Assembly: GCA_958009085.1 (NCBI GenBank) | Contig: OY253688.1 | Location: forward strand, 1-64,000 | From: Protoeuglena noctilucae | Taxonomy: Eukaryota | Reading direction: 5' to 3' | DNA: 64,000 nucleotides | Shown: positions 1-11,800 of the stretch, one piece after another | How positions within the stretch are numbered: the first letter of the stretch is position 1 | Layout: the number at the start of each line of letters is the position of its first letter | Made by a program: the position numbers and the translations under genes | The notes under the pieces: generated by a model | The model's database searches: none | The model's input: only the letters and a program-made list of their open reading frames with translations | Told to the model about the DNA's origin: nothing

Positions 1-258
1 CCTAACCCTAACCCTAACCCTAACCCTAACCCTAACCCTAACCCTAACCCTAACCCTAACCCTAACCCTAACCCTAACCCTAACCCTAACCCTAACCCTA
101 ACCCTAACCCTAACCCTAACCCTAACCCTAACCCTAACCCTAACCCTAACCCTAACCCTAACCCTACCCTAACCCTAACCTAAACCTAACCCTGCCCTAA
201 CCTGACCTGACCCTGCCTAACCCTAACCCTACCTAAGCCTACTAACCCTAACCCTAAC
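1..258. repeat. Telomeric repeat tract (CCCTAA)n = TTAGGG type, with degenerate proximal end
   Basis: Perfect CCCTAA array from 1 to ~165, then variant units (CCCTA, CCTAA, CCCTGC, CCTGA) to ~258. Confidence 0.98.
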
Positions 259-330
259 CGCGGCTGCGGCTGCATCGTATGTTGGCGGCGTGGACGGCGC
301 GCGGGGGCCGTGTCCGCAGGTCTGTGCGCG

Positions 331-1860
331 ATGGCGGGCGGACGTAAGGTCAGCCAACTGTCCGGGACCAAGAGCATGGCTCCGCAAGTCGGTGAGGCGC
401 GAGGGAATGCTTTTTGTTGCTCATGCAGCAACTGCCCCGTTGCCGACGTTCAGCGCGGTCCGGTCGCTTGCGCAGGGTGGGACGACTTGCCCGGGGAGTT
501 GCATCGTGGGATCCTGCGGCTGGTGCCCCTGAGCGACGCGACGGCGGCGCGGGGGGTGTCGCGGCAGATGCGCGACGAGGTGGACAAGGTGTGGGAGGCG
601 TGGGGCATCCGGGCGACGGCGGAGGACAGGAGGGCGGACATGCGCACCCGGTTTAGATATAAGCTGGGAAGAGATGCGATTGACTTCGCCCCGCTGGTGG
701 TGGACGCGCTCGAGGGGTCCCATGCGCACCACCTGGCGAGCCTGGGGCTGTGGTGGCTGGCCCTGCTGGTGGCGGAGGCGACGGACATCAACGGGCTGTC
801 TTGGACCGTGCGACACGAGTGGGACGTCGACCAGTCGGCGCTGATGGTGGCAGTGCGGGCGCTGCGTCCAGTGGGGCGCGGGGTGGATGGAAAGGTGGAG
901 TGGGCGCACGCGCTGGGGGACGAGGAGGTGGCGCGGGCGGTGCGGGTGGCGATGGCGATGGGGGCGGACGTCAACTGCCGGCTGCCTCGAGCATGGCCGC
1001 TTATGGCGTACTGCGCGGCACGAGGGTGCGTGGAGGGGGTGAAGGCGTGCCTGGCAGCGGGGGCCGAGGTGGATGCGGAGGCAGGTTTCCGTTACAGGAG
1101 ATGGGAGACGGCGTTGGTGCACGCCGGACGTGGGGGTCACGAGGCGGTGGTGGAGGCGCTGCTGGAGGCGGGGGCCTCGGCCACGGTCGGACCTGACGGC
1201 AATGATGAGACGTTGGCAGCGGTGTGCTGCAGGGGTAATCCGTCGCTGGCTATCTTGGGGCGGCTGGTAGAGGCGGGTGCGGACGTGGCGGGCGTCGACG
1301 GGGGCAGGCAAACCGCGATGCACTGGGCGCCGACCGGGGAGGTGGTGCGGTGGCTGGCGGCGCGGGGCTTGAACGTCCGAGGCCACGGCGAGATATCCCC
1401 TCTTTGCCGGGCTTGCGACGGCCGTCGCCTGGATGCCATCCGCGCCCTGATCGAGCTGGGTGCGGACATCAACTACAAGAGCGAGGAAGGTTGGACGCCT
1501 CTCCATCGCGCTGCGCTTTGCTCAACAGAGCCAGAGGCTTCGGAGATGACGCGGATGCTGCTGGCGGCGGGAGCGGACGTCAGCGCTGTCGATGCGGAGC
1601 ACAGGACGCCCCTGCATTGGGTCACGCACGCCGCGTGCGTGGACCTGCTGCTGGACGCCGGGGCGGACCTGGAGGCGCGGGACGGGGAGGGACACACGGC
1701 CATTAAAACAGCTGCAACATCTTGGGAAGACAGATTTGAGGTCGTGCTGCGGCTGGCCGACCGCGGCGCGGATCTCGTCAACACGGGCGGGGAGCCTGGG
1801 CTGGTGCTGTGCATGGTGGAGGAGCTGCGGGTCACGCTCAGCCCCGACCAGGCCATCTGA
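331..1860 (+). CDS. Intronless F-box + ankyrin-repeat protein
   Basis: Single ORF; in-frame ATGs at 331 and 376. F-box-like WDDLPGELHRGILRLVPLSDATAARGVSRQMR, then several ankyrin repeats (TALVHAGRGGHEAVVEALLEAGA, GWTPLHRAA, RTPLHW..HAACVDLLLDAGADLEARD). TGTAA at ~2006. Confidence 0.85.
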   Translation: MAGGRKVSQLSGTKSMAPQVGEARGNAFCCSCSNCPVADVQRGPVACAGWDDLPGELHRGILRLVPLSDATAARGVSRQMRDEVDKVWEAWGIRATAEDRRADMRTRFRYKLGRDAIDFAPLVVDALEGSHAHHLASLGLWWLALLVAEATDINGLSWTVRHEWDVDQSALMVAVRALRPVGRGVDGKVEWAHALGDEEVARAVRVAMAMGADVNCRLPRAWPLMAYCAARGCVEGVKACLAAGAEVDAEAGFRYRRWETALVHAGRGGHEAVVEALLEAGASATVGPDGNDETLAAVCCRGNPSLAILGRLVEAGADVAGVDGGRQTAMHWAPTGEVVRWLAARGLNVRGHGEISPLCRACDGRRLDAIRALIELGADINYKSEEGWTPLHRAALCSTEPEASEMTRMLLAAGADVSAVDAEHRTPLHWVTHAACVDLLLDAGADLEARDGEGHTAIKTAATSWEDRFEVVLRLADRGADLVNTGGEPGLVLCMVEELRVTLSPDQAI

Positions 1861-2557
1861 CGTGGCTGCAGGCGGTGTCTGCCGCTTTGGTCGCGTCTGC
1901 GGGTGAGGGGTCGTGCTGACTTGTCCTGTCGGGTCGCAGGTGGCGGGTGCGGCGGCATTTGCAGCGGCACGCGGCGATGTGGCTGTGGAGTTGCAGGGCA
2001 TTTCTTGTAAGGGCGTTTCTTTGCTTAAATGCTCTGGCACACGAATCCGTCAGGGCGACCAGCTGGTCGTGGCCGCCATCGCCAGCGCCGCCCGCATGAA
2101 GCTCATCTCCACGTCCCCGCACCCCTTCTTGAGAGCCAACAGATGCAACGTGCGCGGCTCCGGCGCCCTGTGCGCGCTCGCTACCCCTCTTCCCCCATCT
2201 GCACCGCGCTCGTGCCCCACTCATCGCCTCCTGCAATAGCAGCCGCTCGCGCTGCAGCCACCTCCCAGCCCTCACCTGACACATGTGCCCAGCCAGCACG
2301 GCTCTTTGGAAGCGTAGTCAGCCACAGCAGCCCATAGTGCTCTCAGCCCCAAACAAATGGGGAGAAAACCCTGAGCTAGGGCCCTACCCAGCGGGGCCTG
2401 CGCCCAACTACTGCAGTGCATCCCCATCTCCCCACAACAAATGTACGAGAGACAGCCTCTGCAGAAGCTTACTGAAAAAAGATCTCTAGCAGCGCCTTGC
2501 CTTGCTTCATGTCGCACCCACCGTGCGCGTGTGCGTGCGGGATGAGGGAGACAGCAG

Positions 2558-5500
2558 ATGGCCGAGGCACCCGCCCCTGAGCCGGCGTCTCCGCCGGGAG
2601 AGCTGGCCCCTCCGGTGGCCGAGCCGGCGCCGGATGCGGGGGAGGGCGCTCCTGCTGCGTTGGCCACTCCCGAGCCCGCGCCAGCCGAGCCGACCCCTCC
2701 CCCCGCCTCCGTCCCTGCTCCGGACGAACATATTGTGGCGGAGGGCGGCGCTGCGGGCGAGCGAGACGCGGCAGAGCCGCGAGGAGAGGGCGCAGCGTCG
2801 GGGCAGGAACTCGACAGGGCCCCCGCCGTATCGGCCGACGGAGATCAGGAAGTCGAGTTGCTGGAGGACGACTTCTTTGAGCCGGAAATCATTCAGGTCG
2901 AGCGCGTCTCCGGAGGTGAGCCGAGCGCGGGAGGCGCGGCCTGCGCAGGGCAGGCGCGCATGCCGGGCATCCGGGGGCGCTCGTTTCGAGCTTTTTGTTC
3001 CTCACAGTCTTCCACCTGTATCTGCAATTATCAAACGTCTTGCTCGCCGGAGTTCATTCCTTGCCGACTCTCCCTCGGGGCGCTTTGGGGAGTGCCGGTC
3101 AAGTCACGCGCACCGCGAGGCCGCGCGCATCGTATTCGCCCCGCCGTCCCCCGCAGATGAGGAGGACGATTTTGCGGACCCTCCCCCTCCTCCCCGCCCC
3201 CCCCGTAAGGTCGCTGAGGCCTCCATCGACCTGTCCCAGGGCGCCAGCGTGCTTCTGGACGACGAGCTGGGGGCCGTGCTGATCGACGACGTGGACGATG
3301 TGAGACACAGACACAGAGACTCTCAGATTGCAACACGGGGTCTAGTTCTAGTGGAGACTGCATCCCTCTATGCTGACACCCCACCCACTCGCTCCTGTGC
3401 CCAACGCAGTTGGTGGCCCAGCTGCGGAGGACGGCCGTCCGCGCACAGCAGCCACGCGACGGCGCACCGCAGCCGCTCCCCGCGCTGGCCGCACCGGGTG
3501 GCGAGGCGTGGGGCCCGGTCGGGGCATCCGCAGGGGACCGGGAGCGTCTGCGCCGGCAGTGGGACGTGCCGGCAGCAGCAGCCACCCATGATGCGCGGGA
3601 CGCTGTCCCGGGAGCCATCGCTCCCTTCTCTGCCCCCCGCGTGCCGCCCCCGCACCTGGTCCCCTCCTCCCGCGCCGCCACCCGCCCCGCCAGCGCATCG
3701 GGGGGCGTGGGTGTGGCCCTGGGACCGGTGGGGGTGGGGGTGCCCGGGGAGAGGGTTACAACGCCCTTTGCCGGCAGCGACAGCGCTGCCCGCGTCAGGC
3801 GAGGGAGGGGCGGGCGCCATTGCTGCTAATGGCATGGGCGTGACGGTCGCTGCCATGGTCCCATTGTCGCCTATGATGTCCATGTGATCCACTGCCATCG
3901 TCGCAGGGACCGCATCGTGGCCGCGACGCAGCGGGAGGCGAGCCTGCGAGCGGAGGCGGAGCTCCACGCCTACGACATGCACGTGAGGGATGGGGTGCAT
4001 GGGGCATGGCTGCGATGATGAGGGAGGTGCACAGTCATGCAAGGGTGACCACAGCAACACACAGTGCAGTGCGGCATGTCGACTCAGACAGCCCACCCAC
4101 TGTGGTCACAGGTGTTGGAGCACGAGCGTGGGGCTTTGGAGGCGGAGTCCCGGGCGCTGCGGGAGGCGGTGCAGTCGCTGCGGGGGGAGCTGGCGGCGGT
4201 GTCTGCGGCGCTGGACGAGGAGCGGTCGCACCCCGCGTACGGCCGCGCGCTCGCCCTGGAGGCGGAGGTGCGGGGGCTGCGGCAGGCGGTGGAGGGGCAG
4301 CGGGAGGACTTGGCAGCCATGGCGAGGGAGGTGGAGGCGGAGAGGGCAGCGGGGAGGGAACTGCGGAACAGGTGGGGTGGGCGACAGGGGCAGGGGGCGT
4401 GGGGGATGGTGAGTGGCACTGCGTGGGTCACTCGCACGCGCCCACTCTGACCGCGTGTCGCAGGCTGGCGGCGGAGAGGGAGCGCGTGGCCCTGCTGCAG
4501 AGCGTCTTGCAGCAGGCGCTGGCGGAAAGGGTCGCGGAGAGGGAGGCGGCGCAGCAGCAGGCGGCAGCTGTATGGACGTTGCAAGTGAGTGTGGTTGGAT
4601 GCATGGGACACGTGGTGATGACATATTGCAGGTGTTGGTAGTGGCAGTGGTGGGGAGGAGGGGTTAGCAACCACGCTGGTCACCAGAGTGTGTGTTATTA
4701 CATGACATAATCTGCCCCTCCACCCCCTTGCGTGCGCAGGAGCAAGTCGCGTCGCTGTCGGCCGCGCTGACCCAAGCAGAGCACGACCACCGCATGCTGG
4801 CCAGGCAGGGGGCGGCGAGACCGGACTCGGCGCCCATCGCTGCGAATGGCCGCTCCCTCGCCGACCAGCGCCTGCGATCCATCGAGGCGACGCTGCGGGC
4901 GATGAGCGCAGTGGCGGAGGTGCGGGGGGGGTGGCCGCCGGGGCAGGGGGGGGAGGAGAGCCATGCAAAGGGTCGCCCGCCTTCGGGGAGGGCGCAGGCT
5001 GCTTCTCGCGCTGCTCTGGAGAGGGCAGAGACCCCCACGGCGCTGAGCGACCGCCAGCGGGCGGCCATAGCGCGGCGGCACCCAGGCGCGGACCCCGCGC
5101 TGCTGGAGCCGGCGGGCATCCCTGGGTACGCATTCCACCCCGACTTTGGCATCGTCCCCATTGTGGGGGACGGGCCTGACAGGGGGAGGGGTGGCGAGCG
5201 CATGCCGCCCCCGCAGCCGCCCCCTCCGCAGCCGCAGCCGGTCTCGCAGCCGCCCGCCCCGCTTCACGTGCACATTCACTCGGGGGCGGGGCCGCGGGGC
5301 GCGGGGTTGGAGTCGGGGGAGGGTGGCGAGGCGCGGGGGGCGGGGCAGGCGAGGGACGGGGGTGGCGGGGCCAGGGGCGGACCGGCTGCCTGGGGCGGCG
5401 CACCCGATGACTGGGATCGCAGGAACAGGGGAGGGCAGGGGAACGCACGGGGCAACGGGGTGGTTCCTGGGATGGGGATGGGCCCTGGGTTGGGGCCAGG

Positions 5501-5870
5501 CACAGACACGTGGGGCACTCCAGGCATGGGGAGGGATCGGCAGGTGGCAAGCGGTCCCTTGGAGCCACCGGGGCCGTCGTTCGGCATCGCGGGGGAGGGC
5601 GCGCGGCCGTCTGCGGGGGTCGCGGCCGGGGAGCGCGCCCCCCCTTGGCCCGGGGTGTCCGCGGCACAGACGCCCGGTTGGGCGCAGGGGGATGGCGGGG
5701 GTGGGCTGGTGCGCAAGCGGCAGCGTCGGGGGACGGAGGATGTGTCTGTGCCTCCCGAGAAGGTGGCTGCGGGTGCGCTCGCCCAGGCGCGTCAGGCGTA
5801 CGTGGAGGAGGTGGCACGGATTAAGGACCTGCGCATGCGGGAGGCCATGGAGCAGGCGGGGCGAGCGTGA
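2558..5870 (+). CDS. Hypothetical coiled-coil, Pro/Gly-rich protein (7 exons)
   Basis: Phase-consistent exons ~2558-2915, 3157-3299, 3409-3798, 3907-3982, 4112-4371, 4464-4584, 4740-5870. Heptad-like segments (LEAESRALREAVQSLRGEL). No family recognised. Confidence 0.7.
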
Positions 5871-6112
5871 CGGGGTAACTTACTAAACAGTTACTAAGCA
5901 GTGTCAAGGCTGTGATGAGCGAGTTCAATGGGTCGCGAGTGCCTCGGCATTGAAACGCGAGATGCGACAGACAGGGTCATGGCGTGGTGTAACGCGTCTA
6001 CCTAGCAGAAAGGTGTCCCATGGTCGGGCGAAGCCAAAGAGTAGCTGCGAGCACATCAAAGTGTCCATTCCCATCATGCATGCTTTCATACGCATCATAT
6101 GCCTGCTCCTCC

Positions 6113-8369
6113 TCACAGCGTGGTGTCCCTCCCGTCCAGCACGATGGCCACCACGTCCGGCGCGTCCTTGCCCTCCTTCACCACCTCCACGAGGATGCGC
6201 TGGCCCACCTCCAGCCCCTCCAGCGCCTTGTACAGGTCACCCGCGGACCGCACCGGCTTGCCGTTCACGCCCACGATGATGTCGCCCAGCCTGGGGGGGT
6301 GTGGAGTAGAGTAAGCGTGATATCATATATACGATCACAGCTAGCAATGACATTCAGTCATCTAATGCTTGTATCCGACTCGCCTGAGTCTGCCGTAGGG
6401 GTCCCGCGACGTGCCCCGGATGCCCGCGCGGTCGGCGGGCCCTCCCCTCTCGCACTCCAGCACCAGAATGCCTTGGATGCCCAGCTGAGACGCGGTGGCG
6501 TCGGGGGCGAAACTGGAAGGGGGGGGCGAGATGACAGGGTGATGGGGGATAACATGCAAGTGGAGAGCGGAGTGTTGCGTCTCATTGCACTCTCCCACGC
6601 CCACCTCTGCCGCTGCCCATGCCATCCCCCTCTCCCTCACCCGATGCCCATGACGGGTCGCACGACCCTTCCATTCGCCAGAATCTGCTCCACGCTGGTG
6701 CGGATGGCGTCGACCGGCACCGCGAACCCCACCCCGTTGCTGGCGCCGGACGCGGAGTAGATGGCCGTGGTCATGCCGATGACGTAACCAGAAGAATCCA
6801 AAAGGGGGCCGCCGGAGTTGCCGGGGTTGATGGCCGCGTCCGTCTGAGAGACAGCGCGTGTGGGGCAGTGCGTGGGTGGGGGATGGCGACGGGAGACGCA
6901 TGGCATGGGGTGGGGTGCATGCGCGAGGCAAGGTTGTTCGCCCCCTCTGCCTTATCTCATCCATCCCATGGCATCCGTTTGCATGACTCGTAACCATTCC
7001 TCTCATGTCATCCCCCTGCCTGACTTGTACAACCATCCCTCGCCTGTATGACTCCCTGGATGGGTCTCCCGTTAACGCCGCTGGAGATCTCCCGGTCCAC
7101 GGCGCTGACGAGACCTGATGTGAGGGTGTGGTCGAGGCCGAAGGGGTTGCCGATCACAAACACACGCTGGCCGACCATGATCTCTGCGGGTGGCATGGGC
7201 GGAGGGAGACGTGTCGCACGCAGTCACGTACACACATGGGCCCCCCTGCACCTCACCTGCACAGCAGCTATTGGCGCACAAACAACCCCCATACACGCAG
7301 CTCACCCGCACTGCAGCTATGTGCACGCAAACAACCCCCACGCCCGCATCTCACCCGCGCTGCGCCCGACCGGCAGCGGCTGCAGGAGCTGCCTGTCCTC
7401 CGGTGGCACATCGATGGCCAGCACCGCCACGTCCTTGTCGCCATCCGACCCGATGATGCGACCCACGTAGTCACGGGTGTCCTTGCCGTTAGGAAGCGTC
7501 ACCGTCACCTGCGCACACGATAACATGGGAGGTGGGTGAAGGCGCAACAGCCGCGCTTGCACACATCCCATCACCTGCTATCCAGCAGCCCAGCTCGGCA
7601 GTGCCATCACTCACCTGCACGGACCCCGACCCCCGCACCACGTGCAGGTTGGTGACGATGTGGCCGCTCTTGTCCCACACGAACCCTGGGGGTTTCATGG
7701 AGGAAAGGGAAGGCTTGCAGGTGTCGATGCAGCGCACCCATGCCCACCCGTATCGCATGGCATGGCTGGCATGGCATGGCATGGCATAGCATCGCATGGC
7801 GCATCACATCGCATGGCATGGCACATGGCCTGCTCCCCTGCTCCTCTGCTCCTCACCAGTGCCTTCCCCCAGCGGCACGTCCATCACGTCCTGGGTGAAA
7901 GAGTCTTTGGCCTTGCGCAGCGTGGTGATGAAGACGACCGAGGGGCGACTGCGCTTAAACATCTCCACCGTCCGCGTCTCTTCCGCCGTCAGGCGGCCCA
8001 GGGCCAGGGCCGGGAGCGGGGCGGGCCACAGGGACGAGAACGACACCGCCACCGCGACCAGCGCCGCGGCCAGACGCGAGGCGTGGCCGACGCTGCGGTC
8101 CTTCTCGCGGGCTGCGCGGCACGCGGTTCCGGGCCGCTGGGCGCCGCCCGCGCATCGCGAGCGAGGGATCGGGCCCGCCAGACAAGCGGCCCCGTGATGC
8201 CTGCGACGCGGGAGGGGCCGGGGCGCGGTAAGTGCATCCGCATGTGATAAATCGTCGACTACATGACAGAGAGGACCCACCATAGATGCCCCGCGGGGCG
8301 CCTTGGGCCAACGCAACGCGCGGAAGCCACTGCCGAGCCATCCCACGAGGCCGCCGCGACGCCCGCCAT
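6113..8369 (-). CDS. DEG1: Deg1-like HtrA/DegP serine protease with PDZ domain, probably plastid-targeted (8 exons)
   Basis: [17 protein letters not shown] (His), DKDVAVL (Asp), [32 protein letters not shown] (Ser); PDZ with [18 protein letters not shown]. Confidence 0.9.
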
Positions 8370-8818
8370 TGCCAATCCACTGCCGATTCCTTCCGATGGA
8401 AGTCAACGTTCAGGAAAGGACGACAGCAAAGCCTCAGAGACGCTGTGAGCCTATCGAACCAACCACGTCCTGCCCTGGGCTGGCTGCGCTCCTTTCTAGG
8501 ACACTGTTTGCCAGCCGCGCACTCGAAAATGACAAGCGTATCCCTACCAGCGACGTCGTATCCTGCAAACCTCGGGGCGGGTCGACGTGTTTCTGTGAGG
8601 GCGTCAGACGAGCAGTGCCGTCAGCCGCGCACCTCATCCGCCAGGCGTGACCCGGGATCCCCGTTTATGTGTAGCGATTGACGAGCGGGGAGGGTCCACG
8701 CTCGTCATTCTGTCGCTTCGAAGGGCCCCGGCGACAGTCGCATGCACGCCATCGCGCTCTGAGCTCTCGCATCCCATCCTGGGCCAAGTCGCCCTCACGC
8801 TGCTCGCTGCTCGGCGCC

Positions 8819-11800
8819 ATGCCAAACTACGACGACCGCTCGGTGGACAGCGCTCGGGCCAGCTCGCCCGGCGAGGTCGACGGGGAGGACGTCTACGTCG
8901 ACCATCCCGTGTCCACGCCGCCGCCTCACCGGCCGAACTCGGGATACGACGATGACAGAGACTATCCCAACACCCATCCGTCCGCGCCTCGCTACCTGGA
9001 GATGTCGGGCCCCGGCGGGCACGGGTGCGCAAGCGGGCTGCTGCTTTTTGAAAGTTGCGCGCGCGGGGCCACCTGCTTCCGTCCGCGCTGGCGCCCTTCC
9101 GGTTTTGATGCATGTACGTGCTTGATTTCCATCCGCTCCTTGCGTTTTGGTGGGCCCTGTGCAGAAGTTCTGTCCGCAACTGCGTGCTGTGGGGCGTTGC
9201 TGTTTGCAGGTCCCCCCCCGCCGGCGCCGTCCCTTACGGCGAGGAGGACGTCGAGGCGCAGCACCAGGCGGACCACCAGGCGGACGACATCGTGATGCAG
9301 GACCCCAAGATCGCCCAGCTGGGCGCGGTGAGGCGGGCACAGCATAACATCCGGCACTGGATGCCGGTGCTACCAGGTCTTTAACAGCGCAAGCGTACCC
9401 CAAGCCCCCTCGACCTTCCCGCACCGATCCAAGCCTAACCACCCTACCCCCAGGGCGTCGCCACCACTCGCCCCGCCAGCGCCAAGCGCGCCGTGGTGGA
9501 TAGATCCGATCCCGCGACCCCGTGGCCTACTGGTGGCGCATCCTCGCCATCGTCTTCATCGTCATCTTCACCGGTGAGGGCCCCACTGCGCAGGCATGGC
9601 CCCGTGGGCTGACACACGCAACCCCTGACCCAACAGCACCCGCGTCGCCCCGCAGCCTTCTTCTTCGCCACCATCGGACTCGCCGCCACCCGGCACAGCT
9701 CTGGCGGGGGCCACGGCCACAGCCCGGCCCCGGCGTCCGCCACCCCCGTCTCCACCGCGCTGCCCTCGTCCCCCACCCCCGCCCCCGGCCCCGGCGGCCC
9801 TCCCCCCCCCGGCGGCCCCACCCCGGGGCCCACCACAGCGCCGCCCCCCGCCCCAGCGCCGACGCCCGCCGCGGCGCCCACGGTGCAGCTGGCGACGGCG
9901 TCCACCTCCGGCAGCAGCAAGCTCTTCCCCAGCGGCGGCTACTGGACCACGCAGCTGGCCCCGATGGCCTCCCCCAGTGCGTGCGGCGGCCTCGCCCTGA
10001 GCAGCCGAGACTGGCTGCCACGGCGTGTGCATATGATAGGCTTTACCCTTTTTCACCCTTGCTCACCCCTCTCTCTCCCCGCAGACGACAAGCTGAGCGA
10101 CTTTGCGGCTGTGACGGTGCAGGACACGCAGGTGCTGGTGATGGGCGGCCTGCTCAACGACGACACCTCCACCACGCCCAGCTCCGTCTCTTCTGCCGTG
10201 ATGCTCTACGATGCGCTCGAGGGCACCTGGACCACCAAGAGCAGCATGCCCGTCAAGGTGTACCGAGCAGCAGCGGCGTACGACCCCACGGGAAAGAAGG
10301 CGAGGGGCGGGGGGGGGTAGGGGATGGGGTTAATGTGGCAGGAAGGAAGCATGCGGGGTGCCATGACTCACAGGGACGCGCCGCCGGGCAGCACACGCGC
10401 CTCGCCCAGCTGGGTTGGGGTCTCAGTGGCACAGCGTGTGACGGAAGGTAACGGAACGCGTTTTTACTGTTCAGCACTGCCACCGCCCCGCAGGTGTACG
10501 TGGCGGGTGGCCTGACGGGCGCCGACACGTCCAAGGCCACGGCCATGGCTGCCACGCTGGTCTACGACGTGGCAGGGGACTCGTGGTCGACCGTGACGGG
10601 GGGCGCGGCGCCGACGGGGAAGCACGTGGCCGGGTGCGGGGCGGTGGCCACCGTCAGCGGCGTCCAGCGCTTCTACGTCGTCGGTGGCTACGACTTCTCC
10701 AGCAGCTACGCGCCGTCCAAGGACGTGGACTACTTCGACATCTCCAAGAGTGAGGGGTGGCAGTCACGGTGCGTGGGTGCAACAAAGCACCCTCGCTGTT
10801 CTACAGCTGACGCGAGACGCCTCTGCCGCCACGCAGGCACGTGGGCGACGGCCGCACCGATGCCGACGGCACGCGGAGACCTGGGCTGCGCGTCCCTGTC
10901 GTCCGGCAAGGTGCTGGCCCTGGGCGGGTACACGGGGAGCGCCTACACGGCGGTGGTGGAGGCGCTGGACGTGGCCAGCGGCGCCTGGACCGCCCTGGCG
11001 TCCATGCAGCACCTGCGCGGTGACTTTGCCGTGGCGGTGCTGCCGGGGGACCAGGTGGCGGTGCTGGGGGGGCAGGTCACGGTCACCACGGCGCAGGACT
11101 CGCAGCTGACGGCCGCGACGCTCGTCGCCCAGACGGCACACGAGGTGGGGGCGCTGGCGGGGTTGCGCGTGCGGGCCGGGCCGCCGCTCAGGCCGCTCCG
11201 CTGCAAAAGGAGGCGTGCCTAAACTCTATCCGGAGTCTCGACCCACCCCGCAGGTCTTCACGTATTCGACCAACCAGTGGGAGGACCGCGCGGCGATGCC
11301 CCAGGGCCGCTTCCGATTCGCGGCGGCCGCGGTGGGGCAGACGGTGCTGGCGTTCGGGGGCCACGCCTCGTGCCCCGTCCCCACGTCGGCCGCCGCGGGG
11401 CCCTCGCTGTGCTCCGAGGCCAACCTCAGCAGCCCCGCGGCCTTCGTGGGCGCCAACCGCACGGCCCTCTACGCCACCGTCAACTCCGCCAACCTCGCGG
11501 TGAGCGCCGAGGGCAAGCAAAGCGATGGGGGTGCTAACGTCGTGCTCTTGCTCGGCATGTGTGAGGGGCGTGGCTGGCGTGCGTGCTGGCTCGGCTCTTT
11601 CGTCATCCTCACCATCCCTCTCACCCCTTACTCGCCTCAGCTGGAGAAGCCCACCTCGGAGGCCTACCTGACCACGAACCCCAACGCGCCCACCGGGTAC
11701 ATCAACACGGGCATCTACCACCGCGGCACGGGGGCGTGGACCGCCCTCCCCTCCATGAACGACGGCACCGCCTCCGCCAACCCCATCAAGAGGCGAGCGA

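Noticed and set aside
2040..2240. Coding-like fragment downstream of the ankyrin gene
   Set aside because: Short, with no recognisable family or supported gene structure.
9501..9503. In-frame TAG as evidence for stop-codon reassignment
   Set aside because: It is a single case with simpler explanations, and TAG, TGA and TAA all terminate other genes here.
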